A DNA stretch of 64,000 nucleotides, taken from the IMG/VR virus record IMGVR_UViG_3300034105_001678, positions 5,543 to 69,542 of that record; one strand, 5' to 3'. This stretch comes from a virus (lineage: Duplodnaviria > Heunggongvirae > Uroviricota > Caudoviricetes). The notes beneath the pieces are model-generated. The model was given only the letters and a program-made list of their open reading frames with translations. It made no database searches and was not told where the DNA came from. The position numbers and the translations under genes are program-made. Position 1 is the first letter of the stretch. The number at the start of each line of letters is the position of its first letter. Positions 24,848 through 34,658 of this stretch are shown here, piece after piece.

Positions 24848-25939
24848 TTATTCGTAACTTTCTCTATCAATATTGATAACGTAAGGAAATCTAGGTATAC
24901 CATCTGGTGTTAAATTAAAATATTTAACGGTTGCAGTTTTACCAATAAGTTTGTTTTTATCTTTTAATAAATGACTCCCTTCCTCCCAAGAACATTTGAC
25001 ATTCGATTTAAATCGTTTATCATTTCTTTCAAATACCATATAACCAACCTGTCCACTCTTATTCCCTTCACCCTCAACCACATCTAAAATCATATACTCT
25101 TCATCAATAAACGATTTATGTTTGAGTAAAGACTTACTACGTTTATTTTCATAGTGAGAATCAACACGAAGTATTTGTCCTTCATAACCATACTCTACAT
25201 ACTTCTCATAAAGTTCCATAACTTTATTCTCATCACCAACTGGATGGGTTGTAACGAACTCACAAGTGGATGGTAACTTAACACCATACAACGCTCTGAA
25301 TCTTTCAAAGAATGTTCCACCTTGTGATGGGAAATCATAAATATGATATTTGATTACTCTTGAACACTCATCTAAATCTTCTTGTGTTGGTTTAGTTTTC
25401 TTAACTAAGGACACAATCTTATTGAAGTCATTAGCGAGTTTATCACAATACAATTCGCCATCGAATATGTGATCAGGATTCTCATCAAACAAGAACTTCA
25501 TTGATTCAAAGACGTGTGGTGCGGATACTATTTCTTTACCATTTCTACTCCACATACCATTAGACTTAACGATACAACGAATACCATCTAACTTTGGTTG
25601 TGAGAATATTGGGTAACTAACTTTATCTTTGTAGTCTTCCCACTTGTTTGCCAACATTGGTTCGAAGTATTGTTTCCCATCAATTGAATTGATATTTTCA
25701 AAATAACCTCGTTCAAGTTTAATCTTTCTCTTAGCGTGGGATTCAGCAACTGCTTGTTCCTCATCTGTTGTTTGATTAGACTTACCAGTGTTCTTACCTT
25801 TACATACTGTCCACTCACTAGTAACTTTTAATCCATCTGTTTGTCCTGAAATTGTTCGGTGTTTATTACCTTCAACTTCAATTGTCCACTCTTGAATTTT
25901 GTTACCTTTGGTCTTCTTGTATATTGTTTCTAATTTCAT
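24848..25939 (-). CDS. lig: ATP-dependent DNA ligase
   Basis: KxDG adenylation motif (SQPKLDGIRC). Size and layout match T7/T4-like phage ligases. Confidence 0.8.
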   Translation of the reverse strand: MKLETIYKKTKGNKIQEWTIEVEGNKHRTISGQTDGLKVTSEWTVCKGKNTGKSNQTTDEEQAVAESHAKRKIKLERGYFENINSIDGKQYFEPMLANKWEDYKDKVSYPIFSQPKLDGIRCIVKSNGMWSRNGKEIVSAPHVFESMKFLFDENPDHIFDGELYCDKLANDFNKIVSLVKKTKPTQEDLDECSRVIKYHIYDFPSQGGTFFERFRALYGVKLPSTCEFVTTHPVGDENKVMELYEKYVEYGYEGQILRVDSHYENKRSKSLLKHKSFIDEEYMILDVVEGEGNKSGQVGYMVFERNDKRFKSNVKCSWEEGSHLLKDKNKLIGKTATVKYFNLTPDGIPRFPYVINIDRESYE

Positions 25940-25940
25940 A

Positions 25941-26594
25941 TTAATCGTTTAGTGAACCCCATTGATGAACGAATGCACTTGCAATTCCATCGAAGGTTCT
26001 GTTACGAATTCTTTCTCTTTCTTTTGGATCTTTGGATGCCGCTTCAGCATACCACTTAGACATTCTCTTACCACTTTTGTATGTGATAAATTCACCCTTA
26101 CCGACAATCTTAGTTGGTGTTAGTAATGGTAAACCTTTTAACCATAAACAAGTACTCTTACTTGCCTCGTGTCCGAATTGCCAAGGATGAACAACTTGAT
26201 TGGGTTTTCTCCATATAGTACTCATCACACCAATAGGATTCTCAATCGCGATTCTTGGTATCGGTGCGTTAGATAATGCCATAAAGAATTCAATACCTTC
26301 CTTTCTATGTTGTTGTCTATCTGGAAACCTTGGATGTGGTCTACGTTCTGATGTTGGTAGATGTCCATCTTCAGGATGGTAAAACCATTTGTTACCTGTT
26401 ACAGTTAAGTAAGTACAAGGTGGATGAGCAATCATTAAGTCCCAACCCTGGTCTAAAATATCTAAGACATTTCCTTGGTAATGTTTACCTGGAGTTTCTG
26501 ATGGTTCGAGATCACAAGACGTTGCGTCGTGTCCCATTTTTGTGAACCAATCTCTAACGGTTCCACTAAATTCACAAGCTATTAATACTTTCAT
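25941..26594 (-). CDS. putative DNA C5-cytosine methyltransferase-like protein (short phage type)
   Basis: CEFSGTVR (motif I-like), AHPPCTYLT (PC motif IV) and IENP (ENV-like). Low-complexity middle region. Confidence 0.45.
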   Translation of the reverse strand: MKVLIACEFSGTVRDWFTKMGHDATSCDLEPSETPGKHYQGNVLDILDQGWDLMIAHPPCTYLTVTGNKWFYHPEDGHLPTSERRPHPRFPDRQQHRKEGIEFFMALSNAPIPRIAIENPIGVMSTIWRKPNQVVHPWQFGHEASKSTCLWLKGLPLLTPTKIVGKGEFITYKSGKRMSKWYAEAASKDPKERERIRNRTFDGIASAFVHQWGSLND

Positions 26595-26797
26595 AATTTA
26601 TTTTAAATTTGACATATGTTCTATGTGTTTATCACACTCTTCAATTTTCTTAATCATTAAGGTACGAACAACTTTACCAAGCATAGAATCATCTTCAGTG
26701 GATAATATTACTGAGGATGGTATTGTTATAGATTTCTTAGCCTCTTCGGATAACCGAATAGTTTCTTTTCTATAATAATCTCTATCTTTATTCATTG

Positions 26798-27076
26798 TTA
26801 ATCTACTTTATGGAAGGTCATTTCTTCAACTGGATAACAGTTACGTAAAGCTAAAACAAATGTTTTCAAATGATTGACACAATCATTATCAGCTCTAAGT
26901 GCCGCCTCTGTTAAATTGTTATTCACTACTGCTTGAGCGAAATCTCCACCCATATATCCCACACCATCTCTTGTTCTCATTATCGAAACGATAACGTCAA
27001 TGATGTGATTACTTGCTTGGATGTTGTATCTCTTCAAGAAATTTTCTGCCGCCGGATAGTATAATTCTTCTGACAT
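26798..27076 (-). CDS. hypothetical protein
   Basis: ORF. Confidence 0.4.
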   Translation of the reverse strand: MSEELYYPAAENFLKRYNIQASNHIIDVIVSIMRTRDGVGYMGGDFAQAVVNNNLTEAALRADNDCVNHLKTFVLALRNCYPVEEMTFHKVD

Positions 27077-27077
27077 A

Positions 27078-27647
27078 TTAAATTGATTTATATAAACGTT
27101 TGTGATTATAAAGTGCTACTGGATTTTCTTCTGCGATTAATCCATATTCATTTCTTACCTTATCATAAATTGATTCAGTATCTTCATTGATGTGTTTTGC
27201 AATGATGTTAACAAACCCATAGTTAGATTCATCAACCACATCTTGTGGTGTTCCAGGTAAACCACAGTAACTCGCCTCACCAACTTCGCTGATGAACATC
27301 CCACTATAGAATCCCTTCAAACGAAATCCGTCTACGAACTTATCGGCGTTACACCAAATGAATACTGAGTTATCTTTCTTCGATAACAATGGAACCATCG
27401 TGTTATCTATAACATAAGCGGTTCCCCATTTTGTAGATGAATTTGAGTCTGTGAATTGACCAACTGAGAATAATCCTCCAGGACTGCCGTGTCCCATCAT
27501 CATTACCCTATCGTGTTCCTCAATGAGTTTTTTAACCTCATCTTTTGTAACTCCACCCGTGATTACTGTTTTGTTTGGAATGGACTCGTAGACAACATCT
27601 AAAAACGATGTGCTTGGGTCCGATGGATGTATTATTAATGTTTTCAT
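27078..27647 (-). CDS. hypothetical protein
   Basis: ORF. A promoter directly abuts the ATG. Confidence 0.45.
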   Translation of the reverse strand: MKTLIIHPSDPSTSFLDVVYESIPNKTVITGGVTKDEVKKLIEEHDRVMMMGHGSPGGLFSVGQFTDSNSSTKWGTAYVIDNTMVPLLSKKDNSVFIWCNADKFVDGFRLKGFYSGMFISEVGEASYCGLPGTPQDVVDESNYGFVNIIAKHINEDTESIYDKVRNEYGLIAEENPVALYNHKRLYKSI

Positions 27648-27651
27648 ATGA

Positions 27652-27683
27652 CAAAGATATGTATTTTTTTGGAATATACCAAA
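27652..27683 (-). promoter_or_regulatory. Minus-strand promoter, leaderless class
   Basis: The reverse complement reads TTTGgtatattccaaaaaaatacaTATCTTTG-TCAT-ATG. Confidence 0.55.
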
Positions 27684-27688
27684 ATATT

Positions 27689-28069
27689 CTAAATAATTTT
27701 AGAATTTACTTTTTCTACTATGTTTTTGTAATCTTCCATATAACCATCTTCGAATTTAGAACGGTCATTAAAGGTCTTAATTGAATGAAGTACAGTGGTA
27801 TGGTCTCTACCATTTAAAAACCCGCCAATCTCAACTAAACTGTATTTAAACTCACTTCTCATCAGGTTACAGAACATATGACGAGCGTCAGATACTTCAC
27901 GCTTATTGTATTTGCGTATAATGTCCTCAACTGAAATAGAGTGGTACTCTCCCACTATCTTTAAAATTTCGGTATGGGAGATTTTAGTTCTTCTAGACTT
28001 TGTAAAATTTTTGGGGATATCTTCTTTTTTGATACCAGGGAAAACGTAAGGGCTAATCCTTCCTTTCAT
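27689..28069 (-). CDS. DnaA domain IV (C-terminal DNA-binding domain)-only protein
   Basis: [40 protein letters not shown] aligns with the DnaA C-terminus ([40 protein letters not shown]). Confidence 0.7.
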   Translation of the reverse strand: [126 protein letters not shown]

Positions 28070-28122
28070 ATTTTGTTATTTTAAACAAACATACGAATAT
28101 ACTAAATAACTACCAAATATTT

Positions 28123-28356
28123 CTAGTATTTTCCTGTAAAATATATGTAAACCACTTCTGGAATCTTGGTACAAATTGTTTCATTACCTTGACCGTCAGA
28201 ACAAGGGATAGACGGTAAGTCTTTAACGTACTTACGTAGTTCTCTAGGTGCTTTCTTCAACCTATTAACCACACTTTCCCTCGAGTATAATTTATCAGAA
28301 TCGTAATGTTCTTTGATTAATGAGGTATATTGAGATTCGGATATTACTATTTTCAT
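28123..28356 (-). CDS. hypothetical protein
   Basis: ORF. Confidence 0.4.
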   Translation of the reverse strand: MKIVISESQYTSLIKEHYDSDKLYSRESVVNRLKKAPRELRKYVKDLPSIPCSDGQGNETICTKIPEVVYIYFTGKY

Positions 28357-28388
28357 ACTAATAAATATCCGAATCTTTATTCTTTTTA

Positions 28389-29498
28389 TTATCTTTCATT
28401 TCTAAAATCGAATGATCCAGATCTAACTTGTTGAGGTACGGGTTCCGCCATATCCATATCCATAGGTTGTTCCGTTGATATTAATTCATCTATTTGTTCT
28501 TGTTGTAATCCTAAATTATCCATAGCATCAACTAATCTACGAACACCCATAGGTTCTTCTGAACGTTCCTCCATCACACCAACTTCTTCTTCAACGTTTC
28601 TCTCAATACCTCTTCTGATACGATTAACTCTTTCTTCCGAAATAGGTTGAGGTACATCTATTGGGTCCATAATTTTAAACCCACCAAACTTAGATAAAAA
28701 TTTATCTTCAACCTCCCTATCTTTGTCAGATAAAAGAAAACGATTTGTCTTAGGTTTATTATCCATAGATTCAACACGGATAACTTTTAATAATTCATTT
28801 GGTAATTCACTTTGTAGAGAATCTATACGAGCATCCTTTTGGTTCCACCAAGAGAATTCAGGATCGTTCTTATCTAATGAACGAAAACTTGCAACTTTAT
28901 ATCCACTCTTCTTATTTAAACAATAAATTAACACTCCTCTAGATGCGTACTTTGTGAAATATTCTGGATTACTTTCAGTAGTTGTACACCACTTAGTATT
29001 TGAACCGTACTTCTTAGATGCATTGAATGTTAATGGTCTAATAAATAACCACTCATCGTCTTCGTAAACTAATTTTATTTGTTTCTCCAAATCTTTACCT
29101 TGAGCAACTATGTCGGCGATACTAACAGCGTTGTTTATCTCGTCAAAGCTTTGATAAGTCGATACATCGTTTTGTTTAATTAAACCTCTTTCATTATATT
29201 CACAGAACTTTTGAAAGGTTTTAATGTCTGAAGTGTTAAACATACCATCAACTATACGATAGAACAATACTAATTGTAAATCTGATATACTATCCAATTC
29301 ACTTTTTTGAATTCCAAATTGTTCTTGTAAGTGTATTTTAATATCATTACAATGTTCTGAAATGTTAGGGGTCTTCTTCATAATCCTCAATAACGTCTCA
29401 GTATATTTCGTTTTCTTATCCGGACAGAATAAAGAAAACAATTCAAACATATTAAGATTGAATTCTGGATTAACTTTTAGTTCTTTTGTTCTAGACAT
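28389..29498 (-). CDS. hypothetical protein (369 aa, acidic C-terminal tail)
   Basis: ORF. No family recognised. Confidence 0.45.
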   Translation of the reverse strand: MSRTKELKVNPEFNLNMFELFSLFCPDKKTKYTETLLRIMKKTPNISEHCNDIKIHLQEQFGIQKSELDSISDLQLVLFYRIVDGMFNTSDIKTFQKFCEYNERGLIKQNDVSTYQSFDEINNAVSIADIVAQGKDLEKQIKLVYEDDEWLFIRPLTFNASKKYGSNTKWCTTTESNPEYFTKYASRGVLIYCLNKKSGYKVASFRSLDKNDPEFSWWNQKDARIDSLQSELPNELLKVIRVESMDNKPKTNRFLLSDKDREVEDKFLSKFGGFKIMDPIDVPQPISEERVNRIRRGIERNVEEEVGVMEERSEEPMGVRRLVDAMDNLGLQQEQIDELISTEQPMDMDMAEPVPQQVRSGSFDFRNER

Positions 29499-29546
29499 AA
29501 TTGGTGTTTTTATTAATATATATAATTATTTTGGGAATCCCAAATA

Positions 29547-30203
29547 TTAATAGAATTTTCTTAAAACTTCTATAACATCCCAAGCATCTTCAAGTGCGTT
29601 GTGAGTTACAATACCATCAACGTTTGCACGTTCCTTACATTGAGTAAGGTTCGGTAATGATTTATCGTTTGTCCAATCAACCATTAAGATTGCAGGATCT
29701 AATACTCTTTGACGAGTACGGATTAATTTTTGCCACCAAGGAAGTTCTTGTAAGAATAACTTATCAAATGTTCCAAAGTTTTTACCGGCAACATTTAATG
29801 TAATCGGTTTAGTTTTACCATCAATGACGGGTGTTAATTTTCCATTCACGTGAGTTGATGGTGAATCCAAATGTGAAAATCCATTACACCAAAGAAACTT
29901 ATAGAATTCTTTAATCACATCTTCTTTCTCATAGAAACTATAATCGGTATGTGTGTCCATTAAAAATCTAGTGTCATCAGTACCTTCAAGGTATTCACCA
30001 ATCATTGCAATGATTTCTTTGTTCATCGTGATTGCTCTTGGTGAACCTGTGATTTCATTTTGAAGAACAATCGCATTAAACTTAGGACACTCTTCGTATG
30101 GTAATTTCTTTTCAGTATCTTCGATAATTGCACCGATAGATAATACTTTGTGTTTCTCAGAATCTAATCCTGAAGTTTCGATATCAACGCTAACGTAGAC
30201 CAT
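29547..30203 (-). CDS. DEDDh 3'-5' exonuclease (DnaQ/RNase T-like)
   Basis: Exo I motif VSVDIETSGL. Exo III motif HNALEDAWD (H-x4-D). Confidence 0.7.
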   Translation of the reverse strand: MVYVSVDIETSGLDSEKHKVLSIGAIIEDTEKKLPYEECPKFNAIVLQNEITGSPRAITMNKEIIAMIGEYLEGTDDTRFLMDTHTDYSFYEKEDVIKEFYKFLWCNGFSHLDSPSTHVNGKLTPVIDGKTKPITLNVAGKNFGTFDKLFLQELPWWQKLIRTRQRVLDPAILMVDWTNDKSLPNLTQCKERANVDGIVTHNALEDAWDVIEVLRKFY

Positions 30204-30223
30204 TTTACTTTTTTTTAAAATTA

Positions 30224-30523
30224 TTAATTAAACATTTCATCTTTACCAACAGCATCGTGCTGTTTCACTAACTCGTTTATCCTACTCTCAATTCTAATTT
30301 GCAATGCACCTTCCAAACCTTTATCTTTCCAATTGGTTTCAAAATAAAATCTCGCCATATTAAATTTTAGTTTAACTTGGTGAAGTTCAAAGCCTGGAAT
30401 CATAATTAAATCTTCCATTTCTTTATCCAAGTAATCGGTTACTTCTGGAATGTTAAAACCTAAACCATACCAACTTTCGGGGATGTATGGTTTGTACTTC
30501 TCATTAAATTCATTTGATGTCAT
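30224..30523 (-). CDS. hypothetical protein
   Basis: ORF. Confidence 0.4.
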   Translation of the reverse strand: MTSNEFNEKYKPYIPESWYGLGFNIPEVTDYLDKEMEDLIMIPGFELHQVKLKFNMARFYFETNWKDKGLEGALQIRIESRINELVKQHDAVGKDEMFN

Positions 30524-30987
30524 AGTCCTAATTTATTAAGTTGTTTAATTGTATCTTCAGCTGAAGTATGTAAAATACCAATACCCCCCGCTTCAATCCA
30601 TCCATTTATATTATCAACTCTATCGTCAATAAGAATGTTGTTAGGACCTGCGAAATCTTTCTTATGTTTAGCACTTCTAAGAATCAATTTAACACCAGGT
30701 AATTCTCTATAAACCCAGTCAAATTTAGCTACCCTCGAATCTTCCTGACGAGATGGTGCTGAAAGTAATTTTGGATTATACTTTTCAATATAAGACCACA
30801 AGTCTTTCCCATCTTTCATCCAACCAAGGTTAATCCAAAAATCATAACCCGCTGCATTGATTGGGTCCCAAAAATCGGTGTCACTTCTATGTGAACCATC
30901 TAACTCGTGACCTGTAAGTTCTAAGTACCCCTTGTCAAAATCAACAAGTACCCCATCCATATCACAATATATTTTATACTCTCCCAT
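30520..30987 (-). CDS. HAD-family 5'(3')-deoxyribonucleotidase
   Basis: DMDGVLVDF motif I and overall NT5C-like layout. Confidence 0.6.
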   Translation of the reverse strand: MGEYKIYCDMDGVLVDFDKGYLELTGHELDGSHRSDTDFWDPINAAGYDFWINLGWMKDGKDLWSYIEKYNPKLLSAPSRQEDSRVAKFDWVYRELPGVKLILRSAKHKKDFAGPNNILIDDRVDNINGWIEAGGIGILHTSAEDTIKQLNKLGL

Positions 30988-31029
30988 AATATATGTTTTG
31001 AGTACAAATATAAGATATTAATTTGAATA

Positions 31030-31064
31030 TACAAAAAAACCCCAAAAAAATTTGGGGTTTTATA
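31030..31064. terminator. bidirectional hairpin terminator
   Basis: aaccccaaa-aaaa-tttggggtt flanked by A and T runs. Confidence 0.6.
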
Positions 31065-31083
31065 GGAAATAGTTGAAATATCT

Positions 31084-31308
31084 TTATTTTGTTTTAGCAA
31101 CAACCGTTGGGTTATCACTTTTTGCATTGTCTATAACGTAATATTCACCATTCTCATCCTGACCTATGGTCAATTCGTGATCGTCAGCTCCTGGTAATTC
31201 TTCAGGTTGGATTTTAGTATCGAAGTCGTCAAACTCTTGAGATTCCTTTAGGATACCCTCAACAATTCTAGTGATATCGGTTTGTTTTAATTTAATAACT
31301 TTGGCCAT
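31084..31308 (-). CDS. hypothetical acidic protein
   Basis: ORF. Confidence 0.4.
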   Translation of the reverse strand: MAKVIKLKQTDITRIVEGILKESQEFDDFDTKIQPEELPGADDHELTIGQDENGEYYVIDNAKSDNPTVVAKTK

Positions 31309-31511
31309 AGTTTCTTTTATATATAAATATCAGGTTATTTGGTTAAGATTTCTTACGATCCAAACCTTTCTTTTGATTCAATTTACGGGTGGCTTTAGCC
31401 ATTTTCTCCCTATTTTTTTGTTTCTTTTCACTTTTTGTCATATTCTTAAATATAAGAAAAATAAAAAAGGGACACCTTTCGATGCCCCTTTGGTTTTCAG
31501 GGATTTATATC

Positions 31512-32456
31512 TTAATTAATTCCTTTAAATATTTGTGGAACTGTACCATAAACTGGTAACTTACCATCCCATTTATTAATGAACTCCAATTGTAATAGCA
31601 TTGGTGTAATGGTCTTTTGTTTTAAACTATTAGCCTCAGCTTCAGCCTTAGCGGATGTTAACATTGCCTCAGCGTTACCTTGTGCGGTTGCCACTTTAAT
31701 CTTAGCTTCAGCCTCAGCTTGTTTAACTTTATTTTCAGCCATCAACGCCCCTTGAACGGCATTGTTCTTTGCTTCAATTGCTCTCTTAAATGTTTCAGGG
31801 TAAACTAAGTTAGATGTCAATTGATTAATGATGAAACCTTCAGGTAATAAACTAGCATCCAATGTTGCTCTTACTTTTGTTTCAAACAATTGACGGTTAC
31901 TGATTAGTTCCTCAGCCGTATAAAAGTTAGCGGTCATTCTAAATGCGTCATAAATGTTTGTCTTTAAAAACCCATCTTCAATCTCACCTAAACTTCTACG
32001 GTATTTGGCAAAAATCGATGGAACCTTATCTCTCTTTACAGAATAGTTAATGATTGGTGAAATGTGAAATTCACTACCATCTTTTGAGTTAACAATAAAT
32101 GCGTTCTCACCACTATATTCTTTATGTTGAATGTAAGTTGGGAACTCATAAATGTTATGTGTAATTGGATTAAAAAATACCATACCTGTTACTTCAGTAA
32201 CATCACTAACCCCTTTGTTATCACCATAAAGGTTTACCTTAACACCTACGTGTCCAGCGTCAATTCTCTCACAAGAGAAAAATAAAAATACTAATGTAAA
32301 AAATAACCCTACTCCAATTAAAATACTTCTCATAATTTGTTTTTGTTTTTGTTTTTGTTCTTGATTAAATTCTTCTTCTAAACGATTTAATTGTTCGTCT
32401 GTTCTTCTATTTCCGTAAGCATCAAAACGATTATCATACCTATTAAATGCTTCCAT
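31512..32456 (-). CDS. SPFH / band-7 (prohibitin/stomatin-like) membrane protein
   Basis: N-terminal TM then an SPFH-like body. Ala/Glu-rich coiled-coil tail (AEAEAKIKVATAQGNAEA...). Confidence 0.65.
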   Translation of the reverse strand: MEAFNRYDNRFDAYGNRRTDEQLNRLEEEFNQEQKQKQKQIMRSILIGVGLFFTLVFLFFSCERIDAGHVGVKVNLYGDNKGVSDVTEVTGMVFFNPITHNIYEFPTYIQHKEYSGENAFIVNSKDGSEFHISPIINYSVKRDKVPSIFAKYRRSLGEIEDGFLKTNIYDAFRMTANFYTAEELISNRQLFETKVRATLDASLLPEGFIINQLTSNLVYPETFKRAIEAKNNAVQGALMAENKVKQAEAEAKIKVATAQGNAEAMLTSAKAEAEANSLKQKTITPMLLQLEFINKWDGKLPVYGTVPQIFKGIN

Positions 32457-32457
32457 A

Positions 32458-32823
32458 TTATTTATTTTTTGGCTTCTTTCTTGTTTTCACAAATGGTTCC
32501 TCACTTTTAGTTTTGGAAGCTTGTTTGGGATTTCTTTTCTTTTTAATTATTTCTTCCTTGGGTACATAATCGTATTCAGTTTCTCCTGGTGGGATTACCT
32601 CATCTTTATTTGAAAAAAACTCAAACAGATCTTTCCATTGAATGAAATGATAAACAAACAATACTGAGAATATACCAACTAGTGCCGCCAAAATATTGGT
32701 GTACGAGTCTGCGGTAGTTAATCCTGGAAATACGATATATTCGAACACGATTACGACTCCGAATATTACTCCAACAACAGCCAAGACACTTTTGTCGAAT
32801 ACTTTTTTTAATGTTTCTTTCAT
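32458..32823 (-). CDS. membrane protein (2 TM) with a basic tail
   Basis: Hydropathy. Confidence 0.4.
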   Translation of the reverse strand: MKETLKKVFDKSVLAVVGVIFGVVIVFEYIVFPGLTTADSYTNILAALVGIFSVLFVYHFIQWKDLFEFFSNKDEVIPPGETEYDYVPKEEIIKKKRNPKQASKTKSEEPFVKTRKKPKNK

Positions 32824-32952
32824 TTGTTTTAAATTTTACCCCATCCGGATTTTTCCATACAAATTAAACGATATTGTTCAACTGTTCTAAGGAAGTTTAT
32901 TAATTTTTTCATAGTATTAAAATATAAATAAAATTTTTTAAATAAAAAAATA

Positions 32953-33609
32953 TTATCCAACAATTCCTTTCATATCATCTGTGTGATGATCTAACGGTCC
33001 TAACTCTGAACCGATTACAACTTTTTTCATCGGATTAATAATCTCACGATGTAAATCATAAGGTCTAAATTCTGGATGACCATCCATACCTACATCCATT
33101 CTTCTACCATTGGTAATCTTTTGTGCGTGTGGTAAGTGACAATGTCCGTGTAGCATTATTCTACCTTTACGTAAACCATTCCAAGATGATATTGGATAGT
33201 GCATACACTCCAACGTTTCACCCATATAGTTTACTTGTAGGAACCATTGAACACTATTGAATAAACTTTGACAGTTCTCTCTGTTCCTATCAATGTGATG
33301 ATCGTGGTTACCTAAGATTAAATGAATCTCTTGACATATGATTCTATCTCTTAACAATTGAATGTTTTCAAATCCACCGAATGACCAATCCCCAAAATGA
33401 ATCAACACATCTTCTTGACCAACAACCTCATTGATGTTGTTAACAATGGTATCATTCATCTTATCTAACGTTGGGAAATCCCTTGTTTGATTTTCCGGAA
33501 TATCTCCATTAGCTAATCTCCAATTAGTTGTTCCACGACATATGTTTCCGTGACTGAAATGGGTGTCTCCCGTTACCCAAACTTTTCTACTATCTTCTAT
33601 CTTTATCAT
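32953..33609 (-). CDS. calcineurin-like metallophosphoesterase
   Basis: GDTHFSHGN, GDWSFGG, GNHDHH and HGHCH motifs. Confidence 0.65.
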   Translation of the reverse strand: MIKIEDSRKVWVTGDTHFSHGNICRGTTNWRLANGDIPENQTRDFPTLDKMNDTIVNNINEVVGQEDVLIHFGDWSFGGFENIQLLRDRIICQEIHLILGNHDHHIDRNRENCQSLFNSVQWFLQVNYMGETLECMHYPISSWNGLRKGRIMLHGHCHLPHAQKITNGRRMDVGMDGHPEFRPYDLHREIINPMKKVVIGSELGPLDHHTDDMKGIVG

Positions 33610-34022
33610 CCTCTAAAAAATTTAAAATCTTTTTTCTTATCCGGTCTTCTATTTGGTGGTTCTATTCTTTCTATTGCAGACCTAATTGCCGTTTCTCTTT
33701 CTGATTGTGCTTGAGTAATTCGTGATATTGGTGGTGGAGGTGGAATGGTTCTACCAAAACTTGTCATTCGTTGTCTGTTAATTTCTGACATTGTTCTAAA
33801 CCATCCTCTATGTCTCTCGTTACTTTCATTTTCTTTCTTTCGTTTTTCTTTTATGATTTTTTCCTCATCATCTCCAATTAATAACGCCAATATTGGACCC
33901 AATATTATTGCACCTATTATTGTATCTAAACCTAATGTCCAACGTTTACTGTGATAGACCATCACATATGTTGCGGATATCATCCAAAAAAATACTAAAA
34001 CAAATATTAACTCGTTACTCAT
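33606..34022 (-). CDS. membrane protein (N-terminal TMs, PPPPP linker); C-terminus ends DFKFFRG
   Basis: Hydropathy. The C-terminal heptapeptide mimics the MIKPFKFF-family motif. Confidence 0.4.
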   Translation of the reverse strand: MSNELIFVLVFFWMISATYVMVYHSKRWTLGLDTIIGAIILGPILALLIGDDEEKIIKEKRKKENESNERHRGWFRTMSEINRQRMTSFGRTIPPPPPISRITQAQSERETAIRSAIERIEPPNRRPDKKKDFKFFRG

Positions 34023-34023
34023 A

Positions 34024-34521
34024 TTAACTAAATTCAGTTGATGTACTTACTCGAAGTCCATCGATTATTAAATCATCGTACTTGGGGTCATCGAAAAACG
34101 AACCAACACCTTTAGCTCTTTCCTTTTTTCGATATTCACGATTAACAACTAACCCATCAGGTTCACCCCATTCAAGTGCCATAGTAATAAAATCTTCAAT
34201 ACTCCACTCGTCACCATATTCATCAACCACCCTACCTGAACGAATGAAAGACAATAGTTCTTCTTTATTAGAATAATATTTGTCCTTATGAAAATTCCAA
34301 CAGAACTTCCAACCACCGCTTCGTTTACCTAAATGAATATTAGTTCCATCAATGAAGATACCCCACGGACTTTCTCTACCCCATTGATTATCAATAGGTT
34401 CATCAAACCCACACTCAATGTTACTTGGTGATAAATCTAAGTTGGCAATACGTTCTAGTAATTTGAATTTTCTTTCATCCATCTCGGATGCTTGGGGTAT
34501 GCGGTAGTAATTTGTTCCCAT
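34024..34521 (-). CDS. hypothetical protein
   Basis: ATG at 34521 (MGTNYY...). The track start 34542 is a TTG. Promoter -7 box at 34540-34547. Confidence 0.4.
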   Translation of the reverse strand: MGTNYYRIPQASEMDERKFKLLERIANLDLSPSNIECGFDEPIDNQWGRESPWGIFIDGTNIHLGKRSGGWKFCWNFHKDKYYSNKEELLSFIRSGRVVDEYGDEWSIEDFITMALEWGEPDGLVVNREYRKKERAKGVGSFFDDPKYDDLIIDGLRVSTSTEFS

Positions 34522-34658
34522 AATGTTAGTAAGTTTGTACAAATGTATATATTTTTTCTGATATCACAAAATATATCACAAAAAAATCCCCAAATTTCTT
34601 TGGGGATTAACTGAAACACGACTCGTGTCAGTCCGAGGATACTATCCAGGGAGAGGTT

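Noticed and set aside
33606-33630. The DFKFFRG C-terminus of 33606..34022 as a member of the MIKPFKFF family.
   Set aside because: The motif is at the C-terminus, not the N-terminus. This is probably chance, or a remnant of a decayed family-member start upstream of the ATG at 33609. It is not counted in the family.
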